The notes beneath the pieces were generated by a model, which was not told where the DNA came from, made no database searches, and saw only the letters and a program-made list of their open reading frames with translations. A stretch of 64,000 nucleotides of DNA from the NCBI GenBank assembly GCA_020073545.1, contig JAIQEZ010000009.1, forward strand, positions 528 to 64,527, written 5' to 3'. Position numbers and translations under genes: made by a program. Shown in pieces: positions 1 to 9,689 of the stretch (positions are counted from its first letter, which is position 1; each line of letters starts with the position of its first letter). Origin of the DNA: Terriglobia bacterium. Its GTDB lineage: Bacteria; Acidobacteriota; Terriglobia; UBA7540.

Positions 1-239
1 CGGCGGAGTACTTCACCGTGGCCGTCCGGCTAAACCCACAGGATGTGGAGTCGCGATTTTTTCTTGGCACCTGCGCGCTGAAGCTCGGCGAGCCGCGTCA
101 GGCCGCCGCGCAATTTCGCGCGGCTCGCCAGGTCGATCCGACCTATATTGAAGCTTATGAAGCCGAGGCTCGCGCGCTCGAAGCGGCCGGCGACGCGGCC
201 GAGGCAGCGCGCGTCCGCGCTTTGGTCGCGAAGCGCTAG
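1..239 (+). CDS. 3' fragment (5' end lies outside the window) of a membrane/TPR protein, paralog of the next two genes
   Basis: The reading frame is open from the window edge. AEYFTVAVRLNPQDVESRFFLGTC...YEAEARALEAAGDAAEAARVRAL aligns position-for-position with the C-termini of 347..2179 and 2318..4099. TAG stop at 237-239. Confidence 0.8.
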   Translation, partial: AEYFTVAVRLNPQDVESRFFLGTCALKLGEPRQAAAQFRAARQVDPTYIEAYEAEARALEAAGDAAEAARVRALVAKR

Positions 240-346
240 TCGCGTGCCCGCCTGGTTAGGTGCGTTATGGAAGCGCCCGCAACCAACCAAGGCGTCGCGT
301 CGGTGGAATGCACTCGGGACTTGGTTAGGCTGTCTCGAGACTAGTC

Positions 347-2179
347 GTGGCAGGACCTTGCCTCGACGTTGCCTATTCCTGCTGTGAGGCTGACCCATTG
401 TTGAGTCGTTGCAACGAATTACTCAAAAACCATCGTGCGGTGGCCAACTGGCTGCTCGTGCTAGCGGTCGTCGCGGTCTTTCGCGGCATGCTCGCCAACG
501 GGTTTGTCTACGACGACGGCAGGCAGATTCTGGAAAATCCCTTCGTGCGCAATCCACACTTGTGGAGGCACATCTTCACCGGGTCGGTCTGGTCGTTCCT
601 GGGAGCGGCGGCGGAAACGAATTTCTACCGGCCCTTGCACATCTTTTCCCATTGGCTCGTCTGGCAAATCGCAGGGCCTGACCCGGGAGCATTCCATCTC
701 TATCAATTGGTTTTTTACGTGCTCGCTGTGCTGCTGGTTTACCGACTAGGCCGCGAGCTTTTTCGGAATCACTTGACCGCCTTCGCGGGCGCGCTGCTTT
801 GGGCGCTGCACCCCTTGCACGTCGAGCCGGTCTGCTGGATTGCCGGTGTTCCCGACGTCGGCTGCGGCCTTTTTTACGTGCTGGCCTTCGTGTTGTTTCT
901 TCGCGCGGAGAAAACTCCTGAGCGGCGCTGGGCGTGGCACGCTCTCGCGGCGTCGATCTTTTTTGTCGCACTTCTCTTCAAGGAAATGGCCATCAGTTTT
1001 CCGCTGCTGCTTGGCGTGTACTGGTTCGTCCTGGCGGGGCAGGAAAGCTGGCTGCGCAGAGCAATCCGCTGGCTTCCTTACGCGGCGGTTGTTGCCGCCT
1101 ATCTGGAGCTCCGCATCATCGTCTTGGGACACGTGTCGCACGCTGCGCATCTCTGGAAAGTTACGCCGCGTGTTGCGGCTGCGGGTGCAGGACTGCTGGG
1201 ACAGCACACCAAGCTTTTCTTCTGGCCCACGGGTCTGAACGATTTCCATACCTTCCAGCTGGCCGCGAGCCTGCATTCGCCTTGGCCGTGGATCACACTG
1301 CTGGTGCTCGCGTTGGCTGTGACCATGCGCAAGCGCGACCCCGTCTTGCGTTTCCTGATCCTGTGGTGGCCGGTGACGCTGCTTCCTTGTCTCGACGTGC
1401 GGCAGCTCAGCTTCCCGCTCCTGGCGGAGCGCTTCTCCTATGTGCCCTCCATGGGACTCTGCCTGGCGGTGGCGCATTTCATTCTGAGCTCTCTCCCTGC
1501 GAGCGCGCCGAACCTGCGCCCGGCTCGCGTGCTGGTTCCTGCCCTGGGGCTCGCTCTCGCCCTCTTTGCCGTCCAGGATTTGCGCGCCGTCCCGCGCTGG
1601 CGCGACAACGAGACCCTGTGGAGCTATTCCTACCGCGTTGCTCCGCAGGCGGCGCTCGTGCACGTCCACCGCGCGCTCGACCTGCAGTATCGTAACGGCA
1701 ATCTGGCTGACGCGACACAGGAATATGAGACGGCGCTCCAGCTCAACCACACCAGTTTTGTCGAGCTGTCTTCCGTCACCTACGACTGCCTGATCGGGCT
1801 CGGCCAGATCGCCTACACGCGGGGGCACACCGACGAAGCTGTGGCCTATTTCCGGAAGGCGGTCGAGCTCACGCCACGCTACAGCGCGGCCTACGATGCG
1901 CTTGGCTCGGTCTATTTCCCGCGCGGCGACTACACGCGGGCCGCGGGATATTTCCAGCAGGCGGTGCGCGTGAACCCGCAAGACGTGGTTGCGCGGTTCT
2001 TTCTAGGAACTTGTTGGATGAAACTCGGCAAGCCGGCGCTGGCGGCGGAACAATTCCACGCCGCACGCGAAGTCGATCCGGATTATTTTCAAGCCTATGA
2101 GGCTGAGGCTCGCGCGCTGGAAGCCGCGGGCGATCGAGCAGGCGCGGCGAGGGTTCGACGCTTAATTCCCAGGGCATAA
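347..2179 (+). CDS. Polytopic membrane protein with C-terminal TPR repeats (TMTC/PMT-like glycosyltransferase architecture, family tentative)
   Basis: 610-aa ORF. The N-terminal ~400 aa are hydrophobic with a FVYDD motif after the first helix. The C-terminal ~180 aa are TPR-like. The start is uncertain (GTG 347, or TTG near 398-401 by alignment with the paralog). Confidence 0.8.
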   Translation: MAGPCLDVAYSCCEADPLLSRCNELLKNHRAVANWLLVLAVVAVFRGMLANGFVYDDGRQILENPFVRNPHLWRHIFTGSVWSFLGAAAETNFYRPLHIFSHWLVWQIAGPDPGAFHLYQLVFYVLAVLLVYRLGRELFRNHLTAFAGALLWALHPLHVEPVCWIAGVPDVGCGLFYVLAFVLFLRAEKTPERRWAWHALAASIFFVALLFKEMAISFPLLLGVYWFVLAGQESWLRRAIRWLPYAAVVAAYLELRIIVLGHVSHAAHLWKVTPRVAAAGAGLLGQHTKLFFWPTGLNDFHTFQLAASLHSPWPWITLLVLALAVTMRKRDPVLRFLILWWPVTLLPCLDVRQLSFPLLAERFSYVPSMGLCLAVAHFILSSLPASAPNLRPARVLVPALGLALALFAVQDLRAVPRWRDNETLWSYSYRVAPQAALVHVHRALDLQYRNGNLADATQEYETALQLNHTSFVELSSVTYDCLIGLGQIAYTRGHTDEAVAYFRKAVELTPRYSAAYDALGSVYFPRGDYTRAAGYFQQAVRVNPQDVVARFFLGTCWMKLGKPALAAEQFHAAREVDPDYFQAYEAEARALEAAGDRAGAARVRRLIPRA

Positions 2180-2317
2180 GAAGTTGACAATCGTAATAGT
2201 AGTTGTAACCTACCCGTCGTCTGGCCCCGTGCTTCGGACAAATCCTCGAGCACTTGACTCTTCTCCTCCCTGGACGCGTCCTAAGACCGCCACGGGGAGA
2301 AACTTGAGGCCTGAGCT

Positions 2318-4099
2318 TTGTTAACCCGGTGGAATGCACAAATCGCCAGACACCCGCGGCTCGCGGGCGCAGTCTTGTTCCTGACCACCACACTCGTCTT
2401 TCAAAGAACTTTGGCGGGGTTGTTCGTCTTTGACGATACTGCGCTGATCCTGAGCAATCCCTACATCACCAACCCGAGCTACTGGCAGCGGCTTTTTCTC
2501 GGCTCCATCTGGTCTTTTCGCGGCGGGGCGGAGCAGAGCCATTTCTATCGCCCCTTCCAATTCTGGGTGTACTGGGTCCTGTATCGGATCGCGGGTCCGA
2601 ACCCGGCGGTTTTTCACGCTCTTCAACTGTGTGTCTATGCTGGCACGGTGTGGCTGGTCTTTCGGCTGGGACAAAAGTTGCTGCGCCACGATTTAGCCGC
2701 CTTCTTCGGGGCATTACTTTGGGCGTTGCATCCCTTACACGTGGAGGCCGTCGCCTGGATTTCCGCGCTTTCGGACACGGGCTCGGCATGCCTGGTGATT
2801 GGGAGTTTCTTGCTCTTCCTGCGCGCCGAGAGCGAGGCAACCCGTCCGGTCGCGCGCCACGCTTTGGCGGCGTTGGTTTATTTCCCAGCCCTTTTCTTCA
2901 AAGAGATGGCCCTCAGTTTTCCGCTCCTGGTTGTCGTGTACTGGGTCTTCCTTGGCGAGAAGGAGTCGTGGTCCCGCCGTGCGCTGCGATGGCTTCCTTA
3001 CGCACTCGCAGCGGCCGGCTATATTGCGGTGCGCATCGCGGCGCTGGGCCGATTTTCTGCAGCCCCACAGCCCTGGAAAATCTCACTGCGCATGATCACT
3101 GTGGCCGTAGGGGTTCTTGGTCAGCACGCCAAGCTCTTCTTTTGGCCCGTCAATCTGAACCTGGCTCGCACTTTTGACTTTTCAGGCAGCCTGCGCTCGC
3201 CTTGGCCTTGGCTGACGTTGCTGGCGATCCTCGCTGTGTTCGTCCTGCGGAAACGACAACCTGTGTTGGGGTTTCTCGTGGCATGGTGGGCCATAGCGCT
3301 TTTGCCTTGTCTGGACGTTCGGCAGCTTGTGGGCCTTCCAGTCGGGGATCGCTTCTCGTATCTACCTTCCGTCGGACCGTGCCTGGCCATCGCCTTCGCT
3401 GCGCTGGTGCTGCTGCCACAGTGTCTGCCGCACCTTGAGCCCGCCCGCATAACGCTCCCCGCTTTGCTCGTCGTGCTAGCGTTGTGGACGGTCCAGGACA
3501 TTCGCACCGTCCCAAACTGGCATGACGATGCAGCGCTCTGGAACCACACCGCACGCGCTGCTCCTGACTCGGCCCTGGCGCACTTGTTTCAAGGGATACT
3601 GTTGGAACAACAAAAGGGCGATCTCGACGGCGCAGCCCGGGAATACGAAACTGCGCTGCGACTGAACGAAGTGAGCTTCCGGCCCACCGCCGGGATGATT
3701 TACGAGTGCGATCTTGGTTTGGGCCGCATCGCCCTGATGAAGGGGCGCACCGGAGACGCTGTCGCTTACTTCGAAAAAGCCGTCCACGTGGCCCCTGTCC
3801 TGAGCCCGGCTTACCGAGCGCTCGGCGCGCTTTATTTCCCCCAGGGGAATTACGCCAAGGCGGCGCAATATTTCGTCCGGGTCGTGAAGATCAATCCGCA
3901 AGACGTCGAGGCCCGATTTTATCTCGGCACGTGCTGGATGAAACTCGGCAAGCCGGCGCAGGCGGCGGGCGAGTTCCACGCGGCGCGCGAAGTGGCTCCC
4001 GACTATTTCCAGGCTTATGACGCTGAAGCGCGAGCGCTGGAGGCCGCGGGTGATGCGGCTGGCGCTGCGCGCGTGCGCAGCTTGAAACCGCCCAGGTAG
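2318..4099 (+). CDS. Polytopic membrane protein with C-terminal TPR repeats, paralog of 347..2179
   Basis: 593-aa ORF collinear with the previous gene (FVFDD, HFYRP, LWALHPLHVE, FFKEMA.SFPLL and a C-terminal TPR tail are all shared). TTG start. Confidence 0.8.
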   Translation: MLTRWNAQIARHPRLAGAVLFLTTTLVFQRTLAGLFVFDDTALILSNPYITNPSYWQRLFLGSIWSFRGGAEQSHFYRPFQFWVYWVLYRIAGPNPAVFHALQLCVYAGTVWLVFRLGQKLLRHDLAAFFGALLWALHPLHVEAVAWISALSDTGSACLVIGSFLLFLRAESEATRPVARHALAALVYFPALFFKEMALSFPLLVVVYWVFLGEKESWSRRALRWLPYALAAAGYIAVRIAALGRFSAAPQPWKISLRMITVAVGVLGQHAKLFFWPVNLNLARTFDFSGSLRSPWPWLTLLAILAVFVLRKRQPVLGFLVAWWAIALLPCLDVRQLVGLPVGDRFSYLPSVGPCLAIAFAALVLLPQCLPHLEPARITLPALLVVLALWTVQDIRTVPNWHDDAALWNHTARAAPDSALAHLFQGILLEQQKGDLDGAAREYETALRLNEVSFRPTAGMIYECDLGLGRIALMKGRTGDAVAYFEKAVHVAPVLSPAYRALGALYFPQGNYAKAAQYFVRVVKINPQDVEARFYLGTCWMKLGKPAQAAGEFHAAREVAPDYFQAYDAEARALEAAGDAAGAARVRSLKPPR

Positions 4100-4220
4100 G
4101 CGCGAAGCGCTGTGGTGTGGCCGCGTGCCGCTGCGCTGAGATCGCGCCCTTATAGGAAGACGGTTTCTGTGCCCTCCACCAGGCAATAGGCGCGGGCAAC
4201 GCCCGGAAAACATACCCACC

Positions 4221-4260
4221 CGAATAAGAAACAGCCAGCCCTCTCCAGTGAGGAGAGGGC
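4221..4260 (-). terminator. Candidate intrinsic terminator downstream of the rhomboid/ybgA-like genes
   Basis: Perfect 9-bp stem gccctctcc/ggagagggc (4238-4246 and 4252-4260) with a 5-nt loop. On the minus strand it is followed by the T-rich tggctgtttcttatt. Confidence 0.45.
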
Positions 4261-4369
4261 CAATTTCCGAATACATGGGCGCAGCGCCGCCGGAAGTCGA
4301 ACGCCTTTTCTGCTACGGCCCGAATCTTCTCACTTCACGCGGCGCGTGCGCTCCGCATGATGAGGTTGG

Positions 4370-5332
4370 TTACACGTGATTCCTGAGCATGAGCTCCTTG
4401 GGGTGCGGCTCCAAGTAGACTTGTCCCTGCAGATAAGTGATCTGAAATTTCCGAAAGTAGTGGCGGACGAGCGTGAGGGGAACGACCAATGGAACCAGAC
4501 CCTGCCGATAATCTTCGATCAGGGAAAGCAATTCGCGGCGTGAACCGTCGTCGAGCTGCCTGCGGAAGTAACCTGCCATATGCTGCAGCACGCTGGCGTG
4601 CCGCTTGGGAGTGGCGATCACGCGCAGCGCGCTCATGAACTCCGCTGCATACCGCGCGCTGAGCGTCGAGCGGGGCAGGGCCCGGGCATTCGCCACCAAG
4701 CGCCCCAGGTTCCCATACATTCTCGGAGAGTGAGCCGCCAGCAAGAGCTTGTGCGTGGTGTGGAACCTCACCAAATCTCCTCGCTTCCACTTCCCCGCAA
4801 ACAGTAAGCGCAAGCGGTGATAGGCAAAGACGCGCTCGATGAAGTTCTCCCGCAGGCGCGGATCCGCCAGCCGGCCTTCTTCCTCGACCGGAAGATCAGG
4901 GAAGCGCTCGAGGAGCGCTGTTGCGAAGAGGCCGCGGCCGGACTTGGTCGGCACGCCATGGGCATCGAAAACCCGCACGCGCTCCATTCCGCAACTCGGC
5001 GAGCCCTTTTTCAGAACATAACCGCACAAATCCTGGCCGGCCAGTGCCCGCACTCGCCGGCTGGAAAAGCTGCGCATCCCTTCAGTGTGATCGGCGCCGG
5101 TCTTCGGCATGACCATGCGGATTGCTTCGCCGATGCGCACTAGCCGCAGAGTATCGCGCGGCGTGCCCAGGCCCATCTCAACCTCCGGGCAGACGGGTAC
5201 CCACTCGAGATAGTGGCCCAGCGTGTCAACAAGGTAAGCATCCCGCTTGTGTCCCCCGTCGTAACGGACCTGCTCACCCAGCAGGCAGGACGAGATCCCG
5301 ATGCGAATCGGCGGCGATGCTGTCTTACTCAT
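4370..5332 (-). CDS. YbgA-like protein (DUF523 + DUF1722 architecture)
   Basis: MSKTASPPIRIGISSCLLGEQVRYDGGHKRD... is a typical DUF523 N-terminus, and the C-terminal half is DUF1722-like. The start was moved to ATG 5332 so the gene no longer overlaps the upstream rhomboid gene, whose stop is at 5370. Confidence 0.75.
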   Translation of the reverse strand: MSKTASPPIRIGISSCLLGEQVRYDGGHKRDAYLVDTLGHYLEWVPVCPEVEMGLGTPRDTLRLVRIGEAIRMVMPKTGADHTEGMRSFSSRRVRALAGQDLCGYVLKKGSPSCGMERVRVFDAHGVPTKSGRGLFATALLERFPDLPVEEEGRLADPRLRENFIERVFAYHRLRLLFAGKWKRGDLVRFHTTHKLLLAAHSPRMYGNLGRLVANARALPRSTLSARYAAEFMSALRVIATPKRHASVLQHMAGYFRRQLDDGSRRELLSLIEDYRQGLVPLVVPLTLVRHYFRKFQITYLQGQVYLEPHPKELMLRNHV

Positions 5333-5369
5333 TCGGAAGGTATCTCGGCCAGGGACTCTGGGGTCGCAC

Positions 5370-6794
5370 TCAGATTCCGGCGGCCTCACGGTAACGAGAC
5401 ATGTGCTCCTGGAGTTCGTGGTTGTCGGGCTCGAGCGCCAGCGCCTTGTCCTGGGTAACGACCGCCTCTCGATAGTTTCCCTTGGCAAATTGCGCTTCCG
5501 CCAAAGTATCGATGAATCCGGCTACTTTCCATTGTGTCAAGTCCACCGCGCGCTGGGCATGGGCCAGCGCGGCCTGTGGGTCGCGAAACTTGAGATCTTC
5601 ACTCGTGGCATAGAGCCACGCCAGATTGTTGTGAGCTTCTGCCATATTGGGCTCAAGGCGCAAGGCTTCCTGGTAGTGGGCGATGGCGTCGCCATAGAGT
5701 TTCTGATCCGCGTAAAGATCCGCCAGCAGGCGCTGACCCTCGGCGGTCTGCGGATTCTTCCCGAGCACAGCTTCGAAGATCTGCTGCGCTTTCGCAAGGT
5801 CTCCCTTCAACCGATAAGCCATGCCGAGCCCGAGGCGGGACTGGGGATCGCCCGGACTTAGACGCTCGGCTGCCTCAAACTCCTGAATGGCCTGGTCGTA
5901 TTTCCTCTGCGCGAGGTAAAGGGCGCCCAGTTGCTGGCGCGGCCGCTCATCGCGGGGAGCTCTGCGCGCCGCTTCCTGGAAACTCTGGAGCGCGCGATCG
6001 TATCGCTGGGCAGCCTCGAAGCGAGCGCCTTCCACCAGCAGGCCGCTCACGGCCTGGGAAGTCCGGTAATGGTCCAGTGTCGCACCCATAGCGAAGAGCA
6101 CTACCACGAGTGGGAGGGCAACGATGGCTTGAGAAGGGGGCTCGGCAATTTCTCCGGGTGGGAGATCATGTCCGGGCGGGGCAATAACCAGAGCCAGCAG
6201 GACGCCGCTCGCCAGCCCGCCCAGATGTCCCCAGTTGTCAATACCGCGCACCGAGAATCCGAAGGCCAGATTCACGACGATGAAGGGAATCATTCCTCTG
6301 CCGAAAGCCCTGCCCCAGCGGGGAGGAATCACGTCACGGTGAAGGTAACCGGTGACCAGCATCGCGCCGGCAACACCGAAGATGGCTCCGGATGCCCCGG
6401 CGGCGATGTTATTCGAAATGGTCATGGAGAGGAGCGCGCTGCCAATCCCCGTGGCAACGTAAATCGCGGCATAGCGGCCGTAACCATACACGCGTTCCAG
6501 GATAGGCCCCAGGATATAGAGAGCGTAGCTGTTAACCAATAAGTGAAGCCAGCCGATGTGAAGGAACATCGGCATGACCAGCCGCCAGTACTCGCCTCGC
6601 CGAAGGTAGGGACCGTAAGAGGCGCCGAAGTCGAGTAGAATGCCGGGATTTTTCGATCCCCCGGCGAGGGTCTCCAAAACGAAAAGCAGGCCGTTGACCG
6701 CCAGGATGGCGAGTGTGGCGACGGGCCAGTAGCGCTGCGGGGCTACCCTGTCGTCGTGCCGGCCAGCGGGCGAAATCAAAGGTTGCTCGGCCAT
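5370..6794 (-). CDS. Rhomboid-family intramembrane serine protease fused to C-terminal TPR repeats
   Basis: WRLVMPMFLH, GASGAIFG (GxSG catalytic Ser) and HLGG (catalytic His) lie within about 6 TM helices. The C-terminal ~230 aa are TPR-like (AxxxYxxAL.L.P repeats). Confidence 0.85.
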   Translation of the reverse strand: MAEQPLISPAGRHDDRVAPQRYWPVATLAILAVNGLLFVLETLAGGSKNPGILLDFGASYGPYLRRGEYWRLVMPMFLHIGWLHLLVNSYALYILGPILERVYGYGRYAAIYVATGIGSALLSMTISNNIAAGASGAIFGVAGAMLVTGYLHRDVIPPRWGRAFGRGMIPFIVVNLAFGFSVRGIDNWGHLGGLASGVLLALVIAPPGHDLPPGEIAEPPSQAIVALPLVVVLFAMGATLDHYRTSQAVSGLLVEGARFEAAQRYDRALQSFQEAARRAPRDERPRQQLGALYLAQRKYDQAIQEFEAAERLSPGDPQSRLGLGMAYRLKGDLAKAQQIFEAVLGKNPQTAEGQRLLADLYADQKLYGDAIAHYQEALRLEPNMAEAHNNLAWLYATSEDLKFRDPQAALAHAQRAVDLTQWKVAGFIDTLAEAQFAKGNYREAVVTQDKALALEPDNHELQEHMSRYREAAGI

Positions 6795-6839
6795 CGGTCT
6801 CCGTCGAATGCCAGATCTTTGAAACGGGTGAGCCGCAAC

Positions 6840-7427
6840 TCAGGCGTCGCGGATCTCTTGGCAATAGCCTTCCCCGGCGCACGGGCGGCACAAAACCCGC
6901 CCATCGATGCGGCGTTCGCGTCCGTCGTTGATTCCCTCGCCACAACTTTCGCAGCTCACATGAGATCGCGGCCTGCCGGGAAGGTCGGCGGGACCGAGCG
7001 CCACGCGCACCCGCTGCAAGGTGAACAATTCCTCATCGCCCATCAGCCTGTAAGCTTCCAGTTGCGCCTCGTAAGGGTCGGAAAGGGCAGGGAACATGGA
7101 GTTGGCCCGCTCGCGTGAATCGTCCCGGGCCACGATCCGAACCGCACGCTCGGTCTCAAGATCCACAAAGGTCGCAGCCACCTTGCCGTAATCGCGGAAC
7201 TTGAGCGAACGTTTTCCCAGCCGGCAACCCGTGACCAGGCTGACGGCGTCCGTCGCGCAGCGGTCGATCTCAACAAAAGTCAACAGGCGCTTGCGGCATT
7301 CGACCGGATCGTCAAAGCCCAGCGCGTTGAGTCCGAACATCGCCATGCGAATTCCCAAAACCTGCCCCGGACACATGTGGCCGTGATTCTGCGCCGCGAG
7401 CGTGATGTACTCCTGGAGCGTCTTCAT
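6840..7427 (-). CDS. FmdE/FwdE-family protein with C-terminal Cys-rich zinc-ribbon
   Basis: The HGHMCPGQVLGIRM motif is typical of the FmdE domain. The C-terminus carries CESCGEG...CRPC. Confidence 0.75.
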   Translation of the reverse strand: MKTLQEYITLAAQNHGHMCPGQVLGIRMAMFGLNALGFDDPVECRKRLLTFVEIDRCATDAVSLVTGCRLGKRSLKFRDYGKVAATFVDLETERAVRIVARDDSRERANSMFPALSDPYEAQLEAYRLMGDEELFTLQRVRVALGPADLPGRPRSHVSCESCGEGINDGRERRIDGRVLCRPCAGEGYCQEIRDA

Positions 7428-7727
7428 GATCGAAGCGAACGGGATACGGCGAGGGGCAATTCGATCCCAAGGTTCCCAACCCTTTGAGCCCGCCCCACGC
7501 GTGGCAAGAAATTATACCATCCCGCGCCGGGTCGCGGCTTCATCAGCGCCATCAAAGGACCGTCATCCCGACGCAGAGAAGCTGTGGAATTATCGATGAA
7601 GTCAGGCTGCTTTCTGCTGCCAGGGCGGGGTTGAGCGGGGAGCCGCCGGTCAACTATCGCTTCCGACCTTTATGGTGATGGCATCCCAATTTCCTTTCGA
7701 CTTCGGCCGGGGCAGCACCTGCTAGGT

Positions 7728-8419
7728 TCAGGCCGGGGCGGTGAACTGCTGCGGTCGCCAGACGATTCGGAACCATTGCTGCAGGTTGTAAGTCAGCGCC
7801 GCCCACAGCGTCTCGCACAGGACTTTGTTCAACCCTCGCACCCGAAACTGCCGCAATCCGATTTTGGCTTTCAGCCAGGCGTGGGTGAACTCCGCCACTC
7901 GGGCGCGCTCCCGACAAATCTTTTGGGCCTCGGGGGTCTGCATCTTTTCCAGGAACACCGCCACTTCCGGGGAGTTTTCTGTGCGTGCGATGGTGCGGCC
8001 CTGCTGGCGGGTGGGGCAGCACTGCGGCCGCGACGCCCAGGCCCGGCAGTCCGCCGCTCGCGCGCCATAGACGTGTTGCCGAACTCCCGCCCGATCGTGC
8101 TGGGCTTGCTGATAGACCCAGCGTTGGCCCCGGGGGCAAGTCAGGGTGTGGGCCTGCGGGTTCAGGACAAAGCGCTCGGCCTGAAACTCCGGCGTCACCC
8201 CGCGCCGCGCATAGGCTTTCTTCACCCCTCGGGGTGCTCCGCCCGCCCCCTGCGCCCCGAAGAAATCCACAGGCTGATCAGCAACTGTGGATCGTAGGCT
8301 GGCCGCCCCGGCTCCCCCGCGGCCACTTCGATCGCCGCCCGGAATCCGCGCAGATCCAGCCGCCCCACCAACTCCCCAATCGCCCGCGCCAGATGGCCCG
8401 GTTCGATCAGCTTCTCCAC
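7728..8419 (-). pseudogene. Internally deleted, frameshifted IS1182/IS5-like transposase remnant
   Basis: ORF 8222..8419 encodes an InsH-type transposase N-terminus (GHLARAIGELVGRLDL...GRPAYDPQLLISLWI). ORF 7728..8270, in another frame, encodes only the C-terminal part (...FRVRGLNKVLCETLWAALTYNLQQW). The central DDE region is absent. Confidence 0.6.
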
Positions 8420-8934
8420 ATCCGCCGCCGGTTAACCACCTTCAACCGCAGCTCCTTCCGTACCTCGTTCCCTACCGCCGGCTCTTCTCTCCCCATGCTC
8501 GATCACCTGCCTCTGCCTAGCCCCTCCGAGCGGCCCTTGCCGCACTTCCACCGCTTCGCTGTCAAGACCAGCACTCACATCTCCACTTCCTCAACGCCCG
8601 CAAACAGAAGTGGGGAGATGATTTCACAGCTTCAGAACATCGGGACAAGTTCCCGCGAAGGCCTGTCTGAGCATGCAGGCGGGAATCCAGCGTGGCTGCC
8701 CGCTGCGCAAAAGCGCGGGTCAGCCATTTCACGAATAAGTTCCGGTCTCTGGGCTTTGTCGATTACAACGGCGGTCTGGCGGTCCATAGTTCCCTCCTGA
8801 ATGTCGTTTTCCACGACTAGTCCCTATTCCAAGCTCGCAAATAATCCCACCCAAGATGAGCAATATTGAACAGACAGGCTCTATCCGGGGGCGTAACATT
8901 TAGACTGGCGTCTTAAGATGCTGAGGGGGCGACC

Positions 8935-9528
8935 ATGGTCGGACAATTAAGCGATCGGGTCTTGCTGGTGGACGACGAGCCTCTTGTCCGAAGGCTTATC
9001 TCAGGATACTTGGTGGCTGCGGGGTATGTTGTTCGGGTCGCTGTTGACGGTCTCGATGCGCTCGGAAAACTCCGAGAGGGACTTCCGGACTTAATCATTT
9101 CCGACCTCAACATGCCCCGCATGTCAGGGTTTGAGCTTCTGGACGTGGTGCGCCAACGCTTCCCTCAAATACCCGTCATTGTAATTAGCGGAGTCGCCGC
9201 CGATGAAATGCCAGAAGGAGTGGCGGCCGACGCTTACTACCACAAGAATGGATTCGGATTTGATCAGCTCCTGCGAACTGTATCCGACCTGACCCGAAAA
9301 CCTCCCCTGCGGACTGCTGCCCCACGAGTCGACAACAAACCAGTCTGGGCAAGATGGGATGGGAACGGGCACTACACCCTCAATTGCGAAGACTGCTTGC
9401 GCTCGTTTAGTGTCCCCCGCGCCCCGAACATGGGGCGAGATGAAAAGTTGACCCTCTGCGTCCACTGTGGCAGAACAGTCCAGTTCCTAACCAGCGACGG
9501 AGATCCACAGGACCCTGCCTTGCCATGA
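8935..9528 (+). CDS. Response regulator receiver domain protein with C-terminal zinc-ribbon-like tail
   Basis: LLVDDEPLVRRLI...DLIISDLNMPRMSGFELL...PVIVISG is a CheY-like REC domain. The C-terminus has CEDC...CVHC. A purine-rich RBS (gaggggg) precedes the ATG. Confidence 0.85.
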   Translation: MVGQLSDRVLLVDDEPLVRRLISGYLVAAGYVVRVAVDGLDALGKLREGLPDLIISDLNMPRMSGFELLDVVRQRFPQIPVIVISGVAADEMPEGVAADAYYHKNGFGFDQLLRTVSDLTRKPPLRTAAPRVDNKPVWARWDGNGHYTLNCEDCLRSFSVPRAPNMGRDEKLTLCVHCGRTVQFLTSDGDPQDPALP

Positions 9529-9689
9529 TTTGATGTGGCCAATTCCCCTCCCGTTTTAAACCTGCGAGCGAAAAAATCAGTGATGGTATTGAGACCCGGG
9601 AGCACACAGTTGTTGTGCAAGTCTGCGGTTTTTAGGCTCCCGGCGGGAGGGGTGGCCGCCCGCTGCGCAAGAGAGTGGGGCGGTGGTCT

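Noticed and set aside
746-1981. Long antisense ORFs in high-GC genes (746..1981-, 12545..13888+, 20137..21036-, 25419..26213+, 26547..27575+, 32184..33062+, 35713..36996-, 38769..39623+, 45805..46857-, 53505..54536-)
   Set aside because: Each lies opposite a gene with clear family motifs, has Arg/Gly/Pro/Ala-rich low-information composition, and lacks an RBS. These are typical shadow ORFs of GC-rich DNA.
2183-2210. TTGACA at 2183-2188 followed 16 nt later by TAACCT, as a promoter for the second membrane/TPR paralog
   Set aside because: The -10 match is poor and there is no supporting evidence. It could be chance.
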